Assembly (NCBI RefSeq): GCF_016903815.1
Contig: NZ_CP069973.1
Direction: 5' to 3' (one strand)
DNA from: Escherichia coli
GTDB taxonomy: Bacteria > Pseudomonadota > Gammaproteobacteria > Enterobacterales > Enterobacteriaceae
Length of the DNA stretch: 64,000 nucleotides
Part shown: positions 30,434 to 40,975 of the stretch, one piece after another
How the letters are laid out: every line of letters starts with the position of its first letter
How positions within the stretch are numbered: the first letter of the stretch is position 1
Notes under the pieces: model-generated
What the model saw: the letters and a program-made list of their open reading frames with translations, nothing else
Told to the model about the DNA's origin: nothing
The model's database searches: none
Translations under genes and position numbers: made by a program

Positions 30434-31696
30434 TCAGGCTTCCTGCATTGGGAACCGAAGTTTAATGGTTGTACCCATCCTGGGTTTGTTAGGGCTCATT
30501 ATTTCCAAGCCATAGCTCTCGCCAAATAACAACTTCAATCTATTTTTTATGTTGTTAATACCAATACTGCCTTTTTGCAATTTTTGGTCGCCTGATAAAA
30601 TGCGATTAATGGTATCTGGTGCGATGCCGTCGCCATTGTCAGTGACTTCAATAATCACGTTCAGGCCATCGTCCGTGGCACGGATCAGCAGATGACTATT
30701 GCTATCCCTTGGCTCCACTACGTAGTTAAAGAAGTTTTCCACCAGCGGTTGCAGGATCAAAAACGGGCAGACTACATCCAGATATTTTTCCGGGATATCG
30801 CACAGGTAATCGAAACGGTCTCTCATACGCACTTTTTGGATCGACATATAGTTGTTGACGTAATTTATTTCATTACGCAGAGTAATCAGGCCGTGACTAT
30901 TTTTACGTAACAAATAGCGCATCATGTCAGAGAAATCGTGCACCATTGTTTCGGTACGCTGCGCATCTTCAAGAAAAGCTAACCGGCCAATGGTATTTAA
31001 TACGTTAAATAAAAAGTGCGGATTTATCTGATAAGAGAGCGCTTTAAATTCAGCTTCATGTAGTGAGCGTTCTATCTCTACACGTTTTCTTAACTCATTA
31101 GCCAGTGCAAGATCCTTTTTACGAAGTTCGCGTTGGATATTATTGGTGTGCGCTTGTTCGACCAGATAAGACGATACGTGTAGTAACGTCGAGGCAGTAG
31201 ACTCAAAACGCTCATACGGCATGCGACGTGTATTCTGGTGCAAATTAATTAACCAAGGATTATCTTTCCAGACGTCATTATTATTCAGAATATAGGAAAT
31301 GCTCTGTTCTTTCTCTTCTTCGACTTTTACCTGACCGGAAATAAAAGCACCGAGATAATGATCGTTAATCATGATTGGGACAGCGAATTCGACAAAACCG
31401 CAGTGGCAGCGATAAACCACCGGTTTGCGAGCGTGCATCGCGGCACGGCCACCAGCGTTGTCGCTTTCATAACAGTGGTGCGCCAGTGTCGGGTTGAGAC
31501 GCGAACGCATGCAGAAGTCTGAAAAACCGCTGGGCTTAGTGACCGGGATACCATTCTCATCCACAACCACGAGCGCGATCATCATTGATTTTGAAAAGTT
31601 GTCCTGCAGGGTCTGAAGGCGTTTTACATCCAAAAACTCATTTAATTTGTATTTATTCTTCATACTTTCAGCCTGCATTTTTAAAAACATAATCAT
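30434..31696 (-). CDS. Sensor histidine kinase with PocR-like sensory domain; start may be a downstream Met (about 31663)
   Basis: His-kinase motifs ([13 protein letters not shown]) and HATPase region; N-terminal domain resembles PocR. Confidence 0.75.
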   Translation of the reverse strand: MIMFLKMQAESMKNKYKLNEFLDVKRLQTLQDNFSKSMMIALVVVDENGIPVTKPSGFSDFCMRSRLNPTLAHHCYESDNAGGRAAMHARKPVVYRCHCGFVEFAVPIMINDHYLGAFISGQVKVEEEKEQSISYILNNNDVWKDNPWLINLHQNTRRMPYERFESTASTLLHVSSYLVEQAHTNNIQRELRKKDLALANELRKRVEIERSLHEAEFKALSYQINPHFLFNVLNTIGRLAFLEDAQRTETMVHDFSDMMRYLLRKNSHGLITLRNEINYVNNYMSIQKVRMRDRFDYLCDIPEKYLDVVCPFLILQPLVENFFNYVVEPRDSNSHLLIRATDDGLNVIIEVTDNGDGIAPDTINRILSGDQKLQKGSIGINNIKNRLKLLFGESYGLEIMSPNKPRMGTTIKLRFPMQEA

Positions 31697-31965
31697 ATAT
31701 TTATAAATAATTTGTCACGAAAAAATTGAAATGGATCACAGCAACAAAAACAGCTCCGGCTCTGAAAGTAATGCTTCGGTTATTTGCAAGGGATACTCCT
31801 TTTCAAACCTTGCTGAACCAGTGCAGATACACAGGGAAACGTATACCAGAACTGCCACAATACAAACGCCAGTTACTGGCGATACGAATGGAATGACGAG
31901 GCAGTCTGTCAGAAAGCCCCACATGAACGATCACCACCTACATAGGAGGTGTTTTAAAATTGATC

Positions 31966-33769
31966 GAGTAGGAGGCGGGATCACTCCCGCCGTCCTCTCA
32001 CACCACCGTACGTGCGGTTCCGCATACGGCGGTTCATGTTAACTCTGGAACTGCCTCTACTGTTCCAGCAGTGATATCAGACCCTGCCTCCTGAACCATG
32101 CATTCTTTATCGCCTGATTCATATGGCTTGACCCTGAGTTCCACCATGGCCCGTGGTTGTTGTACGCAGAGATCATTGCCCTGTCCTTACTCAGTCCTGC
32201 TCTTTGCAGATTCTTTGCCCGGGTTCGCGGTCTCTTCCACTGCCGCTACAACAAGCAACGCAGTTTCCGTTTGATCCAGCCATCCAGCTCCTCCAGCACT
32301 CCTCTGACTTCCGTCAGCCTGAAGTAGCTTATCCATCCACACAGCACTGGTGTCAGAGCATTGATTGTCGCTTTCACTGATTTGCTCCGGTTTCCCGTCG
32401 TCAGACTGTGGACTTTCTCCTTCAGCCTGTTCACGCTCGTCAGGGCTATCTTCAGCTTCGCCTGTTTGTGCCATGTCACACTGTACCCGAGGAACTTCCG
32501 ATCCCACGGGCGCGCCACCGCGCTCTTCTTCTCATTCACCTTCAGTTTGTTCTCCACGAACGCCCTGATGTTCTTCAGCAGATGGTCGCCCGCTTTCCGG
32601 CTGCTTACGTAGATGTTGCAGTCGTCTGCGTAGCGGCAGAAGCTGTGTCCACGACGCTCTAGTTCTTTATCCAGTTCATCCAGCAGGATGTTCGACAGTA
32701 ACGGCGACAGTGGGCCGCCCTGCAGCATGCCCGCCTGCCGTTTCTCCCTTTGCCCGTCTTTAACCATTTCCACTTTCAGGTAGCGGCGTATCAGTCACAG
32801 CACCCGCCTGTCCTTTATCGTTCTGGCCAGACGCGTCATCAGGAGTCTGTGATCCACCCGGTCGAAGAACTTCTCCAGATCCATATCCACCACCCACCGT
32901 TTGCCACCCCGTATGTAACGCTGTGCCTGTTGCACCGCCTGCTGGATAAGCCTGTCCACCACCGTCGGGATGCCTGAGGTTCTCACGCCGCCATCCGGCT
33001 TCGGGATATCCATCCGGCGTATTGCCCGCGGCTGGTAGTTTCCGTCAATCAATGCCTGCCTGACGCTGCGCCAGTTCTTCTTCAGCCACGGTTTCAACTC
33101 CGCCACGCTGAGGTTATCCACCCCCGCCGTGCCTTTGTTTTCCAGCACGCGCTGATAAGCCAGCATCAGGTTTTCTCTCGTTATCACCGCTTCCATCGTC
33201 AGCGGCACTTCCGCTTTCGTTTGCCCACCCGCCGCCGTGCTGATTTCAGCGCCATCATGCAGCCCTGACGGATACTGTCCGTCTCCTCTGCCGCTGGTCG
33301 CAGTTGCCTGCGCTTGTGCTTCATTAATCATCATCGGGTTCGGATGTCCTAATCACAGTTAATCATGTTCGGCCCTTCATGCTGCCGGTTTTGCAGCACT
33401 ACTACGGCGTCGGCTGACTTCTGCCGCCCCATCCCGGCGCCTCACGGCGCCGGTAGCACACTGGCAGGGCGACAGATCTCCCGGGGTAATTCACGTGACT
33501 TTCCTGCTTATGCCTGTCGGCTTTACGTCACAGCGTTCCGTGTGAGTATCGGGCTTTGGTGATTTGTGCCACCTTACCCTGCTGCGCCGCCTTAACCGCT
33601 TCCTGTTCGTCAGGCCAGCATTTTGCATCCAGCTTCCTTCAGATTTCACCTCGCGATGAACACCCTTGCCTTCCGCTAACACTTCCCCTCACCGGGTGTG
33701 TGGAGGACTTTCACCTCTTAGTCGTTCTTCTGCCACCACAGTTGAAGAACAGCGCCAGTCACGGCGCAC
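31966..33769 (-). mobile_element. Degenerate group II intron (class C-like) inserted after a terminator hairpin
   Basis: 5' end GTGCGCC immediately after hairpin 33771..33810; domain V-like CCGTATGCGGAACCGCACGTACGG near 32000; disrupted RT ORF inside. Confidence 0.65.
32246..33334 (-). pseudogene. Group II intron reverse transcriptase, disrupted (in-frame stop, internal deletion, C-terminal truncation)
   Basis: Two abutting ORFs (179 and 175 aa) with RT motifs FCRYADDCNIY and GGPLSPLLSNILLDELD. Confidence 0.8.
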
Positions 33770-33770
33770 A

Positions 33771-33810
33771 TAACAAAAAGCCAGCAGGCAGACACTGCTG
33801 GCTTTTTGTT
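33771..33810 (-). terminator. Rho-independent terminator after the membrane-protein gene
   Basis: AAAAAGCCAGCAG...CTGCTGGCTTTTTGTT hairpin. Confidence 0.7.
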
Positions 33811-33819
33811 ATGGCGGGA

Positions 33820-34725
33820 TTAAAACAGGGGAACCAAGGTAAATAATCCAATGGTCGCCAACAGATTAATCATCGTGGTCATAATGGTGATGACCATCGC
33901 CGGCGGGTCAATATGTGTATCGCCGTGGATCAGGAAGATACGCGACATCAGTTCACCCAATATCGCGCAAATTATGCCAACGATAGCAGCCCAAATCAGG
34001 CTACCTGATGGCACCGCTACCAACGCGGCAGGCAGCGAAATATGATGTGACACCGGTACCTGAGTATTGAAATGCAGGAAAATCAGTGAGAACGCGGAAA
34101 TACCAAACGCCAGCAGCGCGCCGTTGCCGCCAAACTTCAGGCCTAAAAAGCCTGCCATCAAGCCAATACCCAAGCCCAGCACGGAAAGCTGCGGAATGCG
34201 GCTATGGTAAGGTATCCAGCACTTATCCTGCGGCGGATAGCAGTGACGAATTCCCTGCTCCGGTTTTCCAAACAGGCCAGTTTTACCGAAAACCAGACGC
34301 GAGACCACGCCAGAAATCACCACGGTTAGTGCCACGGTATCGGTCCAAGCATTGCCGGACGGGAAGGCCGGAATCTGGTTCAACCCCCAGGCGATGATGT
34401 AACCAACCGCCCCAAAAACCCCGCCTACCAGCAGCACATCGTAAGCCGCCAGACCGCTCAACCCGGCAGTGATATCACGCCCGGAACCCAGCTTGCCTTT
34501 CTTCGCTGCATACGCCGTCGCCGCAACCCCAGCGGCAAAGCCGCCGGTGTGCGGGCCAAACAGTCCAAACGGAAAAGTAATAAAGTCCGATGATGCTCCG
34601 GTAATAATTTGCACTACCGTCATGGCGATAACCAGAAGCCCAACGAATTCAAACGCCGCCAGCGCGCCAACAGCCGCACCAAATATGCCGCCGCCGAAGG
34701 CAACTACAATATCTAAGCTATTCAT
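33820..34725 (-). CDS. Integral membrane protein (putative substrate transporter of the locus)
   Basis: 301-aa highly hydrophobic, Gly/Ala-rich ORF. Confidence 0.6.
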   Translation of the reverse strand: MNSLDIVVAFGGGIFGAAVGALAAFEFVGLLVIAMTVVQIITGASSDFITFPFGLFGPHTGGFAAGVAATAYAAKKGKLGSGRDITAGLSGLAAYDVLLVGGVFGAVGYIIAWGLNQIPAFPSGNAWTDTVALTVVISGVVSRLVFGKTGLFGKPEQGIRHCYPPQDKCWIPYHSRIPQLSVLGLGIGLMAGFLGLKFGGNGALLAFGISAFSLIFLHFNTQVPVSHHISLPAALVAVPSGSLIWAAIVGIICAILGELMSRIFLIHGDTHIDPPAMVITIMTTMINLLATIGLFTLVPLF

Positions 34726-34861
34726 CTAGCTTACCTCTGTAATTAAATCAAATGACAATATAAGTAATGCAGATTGCTCTATATTTTTAAAATTGAAATA
34801 GTATTCATGCGTAACAAATAAACAAGTGCAGCATTTTTTCGCACTCTTATTACATCTTTTA

Positions 34862-35779
34862 TTAACCGCCGATATGGCAGTTAAAACCTAAGGATTCAAC
34901 CATTGCTTTTAACTCTGCCATTTGGGCTTCTTCGATACTTTTTGTATCGCCCATCGGATACTGGCGACCAAGCAGATTATATTTATTTTCACCGAAGCTG
35001 TGATAAGGCAATAAGTGAATGGTATCGACGTTCTGCATCAGGCGGGCGAACTCCGCAATATTATGGATTTCCTGCGAATTGTCATTCACTCCTGGGATCA
35101 CAGGAATACGCACAACCACTTTGGTTAAAAAGGAGATGCGCAGCAGATTCTCCAGAATCACTCTGTTATTCACGCCGGTGTTGCGCTCATGGATTTCCGG
35201 ATCGATGGCTTTAATATCGGTCAGAGCAAGATCGACATAGGGAAATACCTCATCAATCACCGCTTTGGTGGTGAAGCCGCTTGTTTCAATAGCGGTGTGC
35301 CAGCCTTTGGCTTTACAGGCTTTAAGCAACTCGCGGGCAAATTCCGGCTGCGCCAGCGGTTCACCACCGGACAGGGTAATCCCGCCGCCTGAACGCCGGT
35401 ATAAATTCTCTTCTTTTTCCAGTTCGCGCATCACTGCCGTTACCGACATACGCTTGCCCTTCATTTCCAGCGCACGGGTAGGGCAAATCTCAGTACATTT
35501 CCCACACTGAATACAGCGGTCGCGATTGATAAACCAGGCATTAGTAATGGAAAGAGCCTGTTGTGGGCAAGCATCAATACATTTTCCACAGCGGATGCAA
35601 TCATTCTTTTTAAATAATAACTCTGGGCTGTGACGTTGTGATTCAGGATTACTACACCATTTGCAGGACAGCGGGCAGCCTTTAAAAAAAGGAATGGTTC
35701 GAATGCCTGGACCATCATGCAAAGAATAGCGTTGAATATTAAATATGACGCCTTCGGTTTCGTATTCAACTTTATTCAT
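34862..35779 (-). CDS. Glycyl-radical enzyme activating enzyme (radical SAM, with ferredoxin-like insert)
   Basis: CPLSCKWCSNPE radical-SAM motif plus CIRCGKCIDACP and CIQCGKCTEICP clusters. Confidence 0.9.
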   Translation of the reverse strand: MNKVEYETEGVIFNIQRYSLHDGPGIRTIPFFKGCPLSCKWCSNPESQRHSPELLFKKNDCIRCGKCIDACPQQALSITNAWFINRDRCIQCGKCTEICPTRALEMKGKRMSVTAVMRELEKEENLYRRSGGGITLSGGEPLAQPEFARELLKACKAKGWHTAIETSGFTTKAVIDEVFPYVDLALTDIKAIDPEIHERNTGVNNRVILENLLRISFLTKVVVRIPVIPGVNDNSQEIHNIAEFARLMQNVDTIHLLPYHSFGENKYNLLGRQYPMGDTKSIEEAQMAELKAMVESLGFNCHIGG

Positions 35780-35887
35780 AACATCACTCTATATTTACCA
35801 GATGAATTACCTTTTCAGATAAAAGTAACAACCAGAAGTCGTGGAGAAAGTAACGGGCTATATATTGATACATAGCCCGTCTGGTAT

Positions 35888-38440
35888 TTACGACAGTTGT
35901 TGCTCAGTACGGCTGATTATGTCGTCCTGAACTTCTTTCGCTAAAACTACCCACTGGGCGCTATAGCCCGCAACGCGTACCACCAGATCCTGATGTTGCT
36001 CAGGATTTTTCTGGGCTTCGATCAAAGTGTTGCGGTCGATAACGTTAAATTGAACGTGCATCCCTTTCTTATCGAAGTAGTGACGTATCAGGCCGCTGAA
36101 GTTGCGCAGACCGTTCTCGCCAGCCAAAGAAGACGGCAGGAATTTCTGATTATAGAGCGTACCGTTGGAGGCGATAAAGTGATCCAGTTTGGCAACTGAG
36201 TTGGCTGCGGCGGTTGGGCCAAGGGTGTCTTTACCCTGACGTGGAGATACGCCATCCGCCAACGGCTCTTTCGCCAGACGGCCATCCGGCAGTGCGGCAA
36301 CGTCTTTACCAAACAGCACGTTCGCAGACACCGGATAGATACCAGCCTGGAACTGGCCACCGCGCGGGTTGGTATATTTCTCAACTTCCTGGCAGTAGAT
36401 CAGCGCACATTTACGCGCTACTAAATCCACGTCATCGATGTCGTTACCGAAGCACGGTGTGTTTTCCAGAATACGACGGATCTCCTCGTGACGGGACATA
36501 GTGCCGGATTGCACCGGTGCTGCACTGCCGGAAGTCAGCTGGCGATAAACTTCGTTTTTAATCGCTGCCGGATCCAGAGCGCCATGCTGTTCAATGATGC
36601 GTTTCACCACATCGTAGATATCCTGCTCGTTGAGCGAGGATTTCGCCGCTGGAGTGTGCGGGTTCGCACCCACCGGATAACCGAAGTTGGCGTCCAGTGC
36701 GCTTTTCAGTTCGCTCAAAGACAGTTTACGATCTTCGAATACCTGTTTCTGGATGGCATAGACGGAGTCGCCGGTATCGGCTACGCCGAATGCTTGCGGC
36801 CCAGTAAAGTTGTAAATCGCCCCGCCTTCCTGGAGAGATTTACCACGGCCGATACAGTCGTCGACCAGTGCTGATAGGAACGGCAGCGGGCAGCGTTCGC
36901 CGTGGGCAATATCCACGCTGTTACAGGCTTCAACCAGTTGATGAACGAAGTGCGCCATCTGTTTCTGGAACGCGGTGTAGAAGTCCTCCATGCTGGTGAA
37001 CTGAGTCAGTTCGCCAGTCACTGGGCCTAGCTGTTTATTGCCAACGCGACCGTTGTTCAGGGTGATTTCCAGCACTTTTGCAACGTTAAAGAACGCGGCG
37101 TCATGCCAGCCCTCGGTGCGATGCGGTGCCTGCGGCTCTACGCAGCCGATGATACAGTAATCACGCGCATCACGCAGCGAAATGCCACGGTTCTGCAGCG
37201 CCGGGATGATTACTTCATCGTTGTACATTGCCGGAACGCCCAGGCCCATACGCACCAGCTCGCAAGCGCGATACAGAAACTCATCCGGAGTACCCTGCCA
37301 TACGCGGATTGAGAAGGATGGCTGCGGCAGACGCACATGGGCAGTCGCTTCCATACACATGTAGCTCAGATCGTTAGTTGCGTCGCGACCGTCTTCTGTC
37401 TGGCCGCCACAGCACAGGTTCTGGAACACTGCGTAACCGGCAAACGCCTGGGCAGAGACTTCGTCACGCGTTTTGTTAATGTCGTTAAGCTTGATCCAGC
37501 AGCAATCCACCAGTTCCTGCGCGAATTCACGCGAGATAGATTTGTCCGACTCCAGATACGGGTACATATACTGGTCGAAACGCCCCGGGGAGATAGAATG
37601 ACCGCTGGATTCAATCTGTAACATGCTCTGAATAAACCAGAATGTCTGGCATGCTTCCCAGAATGTGGTAGCACCGTATTCCGGCACGCGAGTACAGTTT
37701 TGAGCAATCTGCTCCAGTTCGCGTTTACGGGTCGGATTGCTCTCCTGCTGCGCCAGACGGGATGCTTCTTCAGCGTAACGATGGGCGAAACGGATCGCTG
37801 CGTTATAACTGATCAGCACCGCATTATAGAACTGTTCTTTCTTTATATATCCTGGTTCAGTGCGATCTAATGATTCCAAGGCACGGCTAACTTCATTAAT
37901 GATACCACGGAAACCAATTTTCAGCACTTTACCGTAGTCAACACTGACATGACCGACGCCCCCGAAGAAGTAGTTACCAACAGTGAATACACCGCTCGCC
38001 ATACTCTCTTTAGTGCCTTCTGACATGTAAGATGCCGCCAGAGCACTGGTAGTTTTACCCGGCCAGTATTTAAATGCTTCATGAAGCTCCTGAGCAGTCT
38101 TTTTCGGGATAACAAACGGGTCGGCAATACGGTGTTCCATAGTCTCAAACTCTTTTTCCACCCAGTCGTAGGAGAACTCAGGGCAGATTTCAGTTGAGCG
38201 AGGATTAATAGTTACCGCTCCAACGATTAATTCGTCTGGGCGAATTGTTACCGGTAATTGGTTAAAGATTTTTTCCACCACTTTAGCACGACGCATAATC
38301 GCGGGCAGTTGTTCTGTTTCTTTATATGCTTCGGTTGCTAACACCGCGCGTTCTGATTCCACATACGGCTTCGCCGTCAGGATCATATTTCTCAGTCTTA
38401 CAACACGGTCTGTCGGATTAGAAAAGCCTTTCTCTAACAT
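35888..38440 (-). CDS. Glycyl radical enzyme (PFL-like), 850 aa, probable 1,2-propanediol dehydratase-type
   Basis: C-terminal glycine-radical motif RVAGYSAQWV and catalytic loop GCVEP; substrate is inferred from locus type. Confidence 0.85.
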   Translation of the reverse strand: MLEKGFSNPTDRVVRLRNMILTAKPYVESERAVLATEAYKETEQLPAIMRRAKVVEKIFNQLPVTIRPDELIVGAVTINPRSTEICPEFSYDWVEKEFETMEHRIADPFVIPKKTAQELHEAFKYWPGKTTSALAASYMSEGTKESMASGVFTVGNYFFGGVGHVSVDYGKVLKIGFRGIINEVSRALESLDRTEPGYIKKEQFYNAVLISYNAAIRFAHRYAEEASRLAQQESNPTRKRELEQIAQNCTRVPEYGATTFWEACQTFWFIQSMLQIESSGHSISPGRFDQYMYPYLESDKSISREFAQELVDCCWIKLNDINKTRDEVSAQAFAGYAVFQNLCCGGQTEDGRDATNDLSYMCMEATAHVRLPQPSFSIRVWQGTPDEFLYRACELVRMGLGVPAMYNDEVIIPALQNRGISLRDARDYCIIGCVEPQAPHRTEGWHDAAFFNVAKVLEITLNNGRVGNKQLGPVTGELTQFTSMEDFYTAFQKQMAHFVHQLVEACNSVDIAHGERCPLPFLSALVDDCIGRGKSLQEGGAIYNFTGPQAFGVADTGDSVYAIQKQVFEDRKLSLSELKSALDANFGYPVGANPHTPAAKSSLNEQDIYDVVKRIIEQHGALDPAAIKNEVYRQLTSGSAAPVQSGTMSRHEEIRRILENTPCFGNDIDDVDLVARKCALIYCQEVEKYTNPRGGQFQAGIYPVSANVLFGKDVAALPDGRLAKEPLADGVSPRQGKDTLGPTAAANSVAKLDHFIASNGTLYNQKFLPSSLAGENGLRNFSGLIRHYFDKKGMHVQFNVIDRNTLIEAQKNPEQHQDLVVRVAGYSAQWVVLAKEVQDDIISRTEQQLS

Positions 38441-38488
38441 ATAAAACTCCCGAATATATTTTGTTAACCTTGCGGAGATGCCAGGGTA

Positions 38489-39064
38489 TTAATGAATAAT
38501 GCTAGTGCCCATTTGAGTAATAAAGTGACGTAATATTGCTGGATGCCCCATCCAGGTAGTCGCGGTTATTAAATTACCATCCACAATGGCTTCATCATCT
38601 GCGGCAGTGACCCACTGGCCACCCGCCATTTCCACTTCCGGTTTTACCGTAAAATATCCCGTCAGTTTCCGGCCTTTTAATACCCCAGCAGCGGCCAGAA
38701 TTTGTGGGCCATGACAAATTGCAGCAACAGGTAATGTTAAATTCATCGCGTAATGCACGATATCCAATACTGACTTATTTAATCGCAAGTATTCCGATGA
38801 ACGCCCACCAGAAATATAAACACCACTATATTCCTGTAACCTTATGTCATCAAATGATGCAGTTAATCTAAAAAGATGTCCGGGTTTTTCGGTGTAGGTC
38901 TGATCACCTTCAAAATCATGAATCGCGGTTTTAATAAACTCGCCGGTACGTTTTCCCGGACACACTACATCCACTCTGAAACCTAACATGTTTAATGCCT
39001 GCCATGGCACCATGACTTCATAGTCTTCAGAGAAATCGCCTGTGATAAGTAATATCTTCTTCAT
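38489..39064 (-). CDS. DJ-1/PfpI-family protein
   Basis: Nucleophile-elbow motif AICHGPQIL; start at internal Met MKKILLITGD. Confidence 0.7.
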   Translation of the reverse strand: MKKILLITGDFSEDYEVMVPWQALNMLGFRVDVVCPGKRTGEFIKTAIHDFEGDQTYTEKPGHLFRLTASFDDIRLQEYSGVYISGGRSSEYLRLNKSVLDIVHYAMNLTLPVAAICHGPQILAAAGVLKGRKLTGYFTVKPEVEMAGGQWVTAADDEAIVDGNLITATTWMGHPAILRHFITQMGTSIIH

Positions 39065-39074
39065 AAGCGGACTC

Positions 39075-39374
39075 TCAAAACTGGTTATCGTCTTCCTCAA
39101 TGATTCGCATGGCTTCATGCACCGCCGCGACTTCGCCAAAAATGGCCAATGTGGTGATATGCTGAGGGCAACTGCCAAAGATTTCTGATACCACCACATT
39201 GGCGCTTTTACTGGCTACGTCGGCATAAAAATAGAGATCCGGAACCGGCAGTATTAACAAACCAATGGCGTCGATGCGAATCAAATCCAAACGCGAACGA
39301 AACTCCCCGGGCATACGCCGTTTCAACATAGCCAAAATATCCGGGGTCGGTGCGTTTATGATTCGTTTTTTCAT
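39075..39374 (-). CDS. EutS/PduU-type permuted BMC shell protein, GrpU-like, with GSCPQ motif
   Basis: Permuted BMC pattern similar to EutS; GxCPQ motif associated with Fe-S binding in GrpU. Confidence 0.7.
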   Translation of the reverse strand: MKKRIINAPTPDILAMLKRRMPGEFRSRLDLIRIDAIGLLILPVPDLYFYADVASKSANVVVSEIFGSCPQHITTLAIFGEVAAVHEAMRIIEEDDNQF

Positions 39375-39397
39375 CTTTAAGTCACCCTTCGCGATAG

Positions 39398-40915
39398 TTA
39401 GCGAATATTCAGCGCTTCAACCATTACACAGCGACGACGGCGTGCAAACGAACGCGCTGACGTAAGTCCCTCGCCGGTCGGTCCGGCAATCGTAAAGGTG
39501 GCATGCCCTTCACCGCCCACCCCCAGCCCTGCATAAGAGGGACCATTTTTAACAAAGATGGTGGTCTGGATCAGGCGCGCCATTTTGGTCAGCTTTTCGA
39601 CGTTGGTGGAGTGCATAACCGCGGTATGACGATTGCCGTGCTCCACTTTCACCGCCAGCTCAATGGCTTCATCAACATTGTCTACGCGCACCACCGGCAG
39701 GACCGGCATCATCAGCTCATGCACCACAAACGGATGTGTTTTCTCAGCCTCAATTAAGATGACTTTGATATCGTCGCCAACCTGGATTCCCAGTTGTTGC
39801 AGGATATAGCGCGCATCTTTGCCGACAAAGGCGGTATTCGGCCCAGTGCCTTTTTCATTAAGCACCAACGATTGCAGTTGTTGACTTAACTTCTTATCGC
39901 ACAACAGATAGGCACCGCTTTTCTTCATGCAGTGAATCAGATAGTCCGCTACCTGGTTCACAACAATCACCTCTTTTTCCGCCACGCACGGCAGGTTGTT
40001 GTCGAAGCTACAGCCCTTAATGATGTCGCGGGCTGCTTTTTCGATATCCGCCGTTTCATCTACCACAGCTGGCGGGTTACCTGCGCCTGCACCAATCGCT
40101 TTTTTACCTGATGACATCACGGTTTTCACGATGGCTGGACCGCCAGTCGCTACCAGCATGTTGATACGTGGGTCGTTGATCAGGACGTTGGTATTGTCGA
40201 TGGACGGTTTGGTCACCGTTACCACCATGTTAGCCGGTGCGCCCAACTGGGCAAGCTTGTTGTTGATCAGCTCAACCGCGTACAGCGACACTTTGCGCGA
40301 GCGCGGATGTGGACTGAACACCACAGTGTTGCCTGCCGCCAGCATGCCTATGCTGTTGTTGATAATGGTTTCGGTCGGGTTAGTCGTTGGTGTAATCGAA
40401 CCAATCACTCCGAACGCAGAGTATTCGATCAACGTTAAACCCCCGTCTCCGGAAACCGCGCTGGTGGTCAGATCTTCGATACCTGGCGTTTTCAGCGCTG
40501 CGACGCGGTTTTTGATCAGTTTGTCCTCGTAATTCCCCATGCCGGTCTCTTCCACCGCCATACGGGAAAGGGCACACAGCACATCTTCCTGCAGGAAGAC
40601 ATCGCGAATGCCATTGATAAACGAGGCGCGGTCTTGCATAGAACAGTGGCGATACTGCACTTGTGCCAAGACGGCGGCGGAAATCGCCTCATCCATGGTA
40701 TCGAATGCTCCAGTGCTAGCATTCGCTACCTTCGCTACCTGAGAGATCGCACTGGCGTCGCGCACGGAAGAGTGCTGCGCCAACGCCTTAGCGACAATTT
40801 CATCCAACCCGTCGACCCGCGCTGCTTCTGACGTGGCGGGAGCTTCATCCGGTGTTGCTTTGGTGAATTTGCTCAGAATGGTCGAGACAGCCTGAGCGAT
40901 TTCAATATCATTCAT
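39398..40915 (-). CDS. CoA-acylating aldehyde dehydrogenase (PduP/EutE family)
   Basis: 505-aa aldehyde dehydrogenase-like sequence with N-terminal extension typical of encapsulation peptides. Confidence 0.85.
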   Translation of the reverse strand: MNDIEIAQAVSTILSKFTKATPDEAPATSEAARVDGLDEIVAKALAQHSSVRDASAISQVAKVANASTGAFDTMDEAISAAVLAQVQYRHCSMQDRASFINGIRDVFLQEDVLCALSRMAVEETGMGNYEDKLIKNRVAALKTPGIEDLTTSAVSGDGGLTLIEYSAFGVIGSITPTTNPTETIINNSIGMLAAGNTVVFSPHPRSRKVSLYAVELINNKLAQLGAPANMVVTVTKPSIDNTNVLINDPRINMLVATGGPAIVKTVMSSGKKAIGAGAGNPPAVVDETADIEKAARDIIKGCSFDNNLPCVAEKEVIVVNQVADYLIHCMKKSGAYLLCDKKLSQQLQSLVLNEKGTGPNTAFVGKDARYILQQLGIQVGDDIKVILIEAEKTHPFVVHELMMPVLPVVRVDNVDEAIELAVKVEHGNRHTAVMHSTNVEKLTKMARLIQTTIFVKNGPSYAGLGVGGEGHATFTIAGPTGEGLTSARSFARRRRCVMVEALNIR

Positions 40916-40975
40916 CTTTAAATTCCTTACTACTCTTCATCTGCCGACCGCGCCGCGTGCATCGTCATCAGATGC

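Noticed and set aside
36488-37707. Several 60-130-aa ORFs on both strands inside the glycyl radical enzyme gene
   Set aside because: They overlap a gene with clear GRE motifs, so they are shadow ORFs.
39996-40831. Plus-strand ORFs (178, 67, 65 aa) inside the aldehyde dehydrogenase gene
   Set aside because: Antisense to a well-supported CDS.
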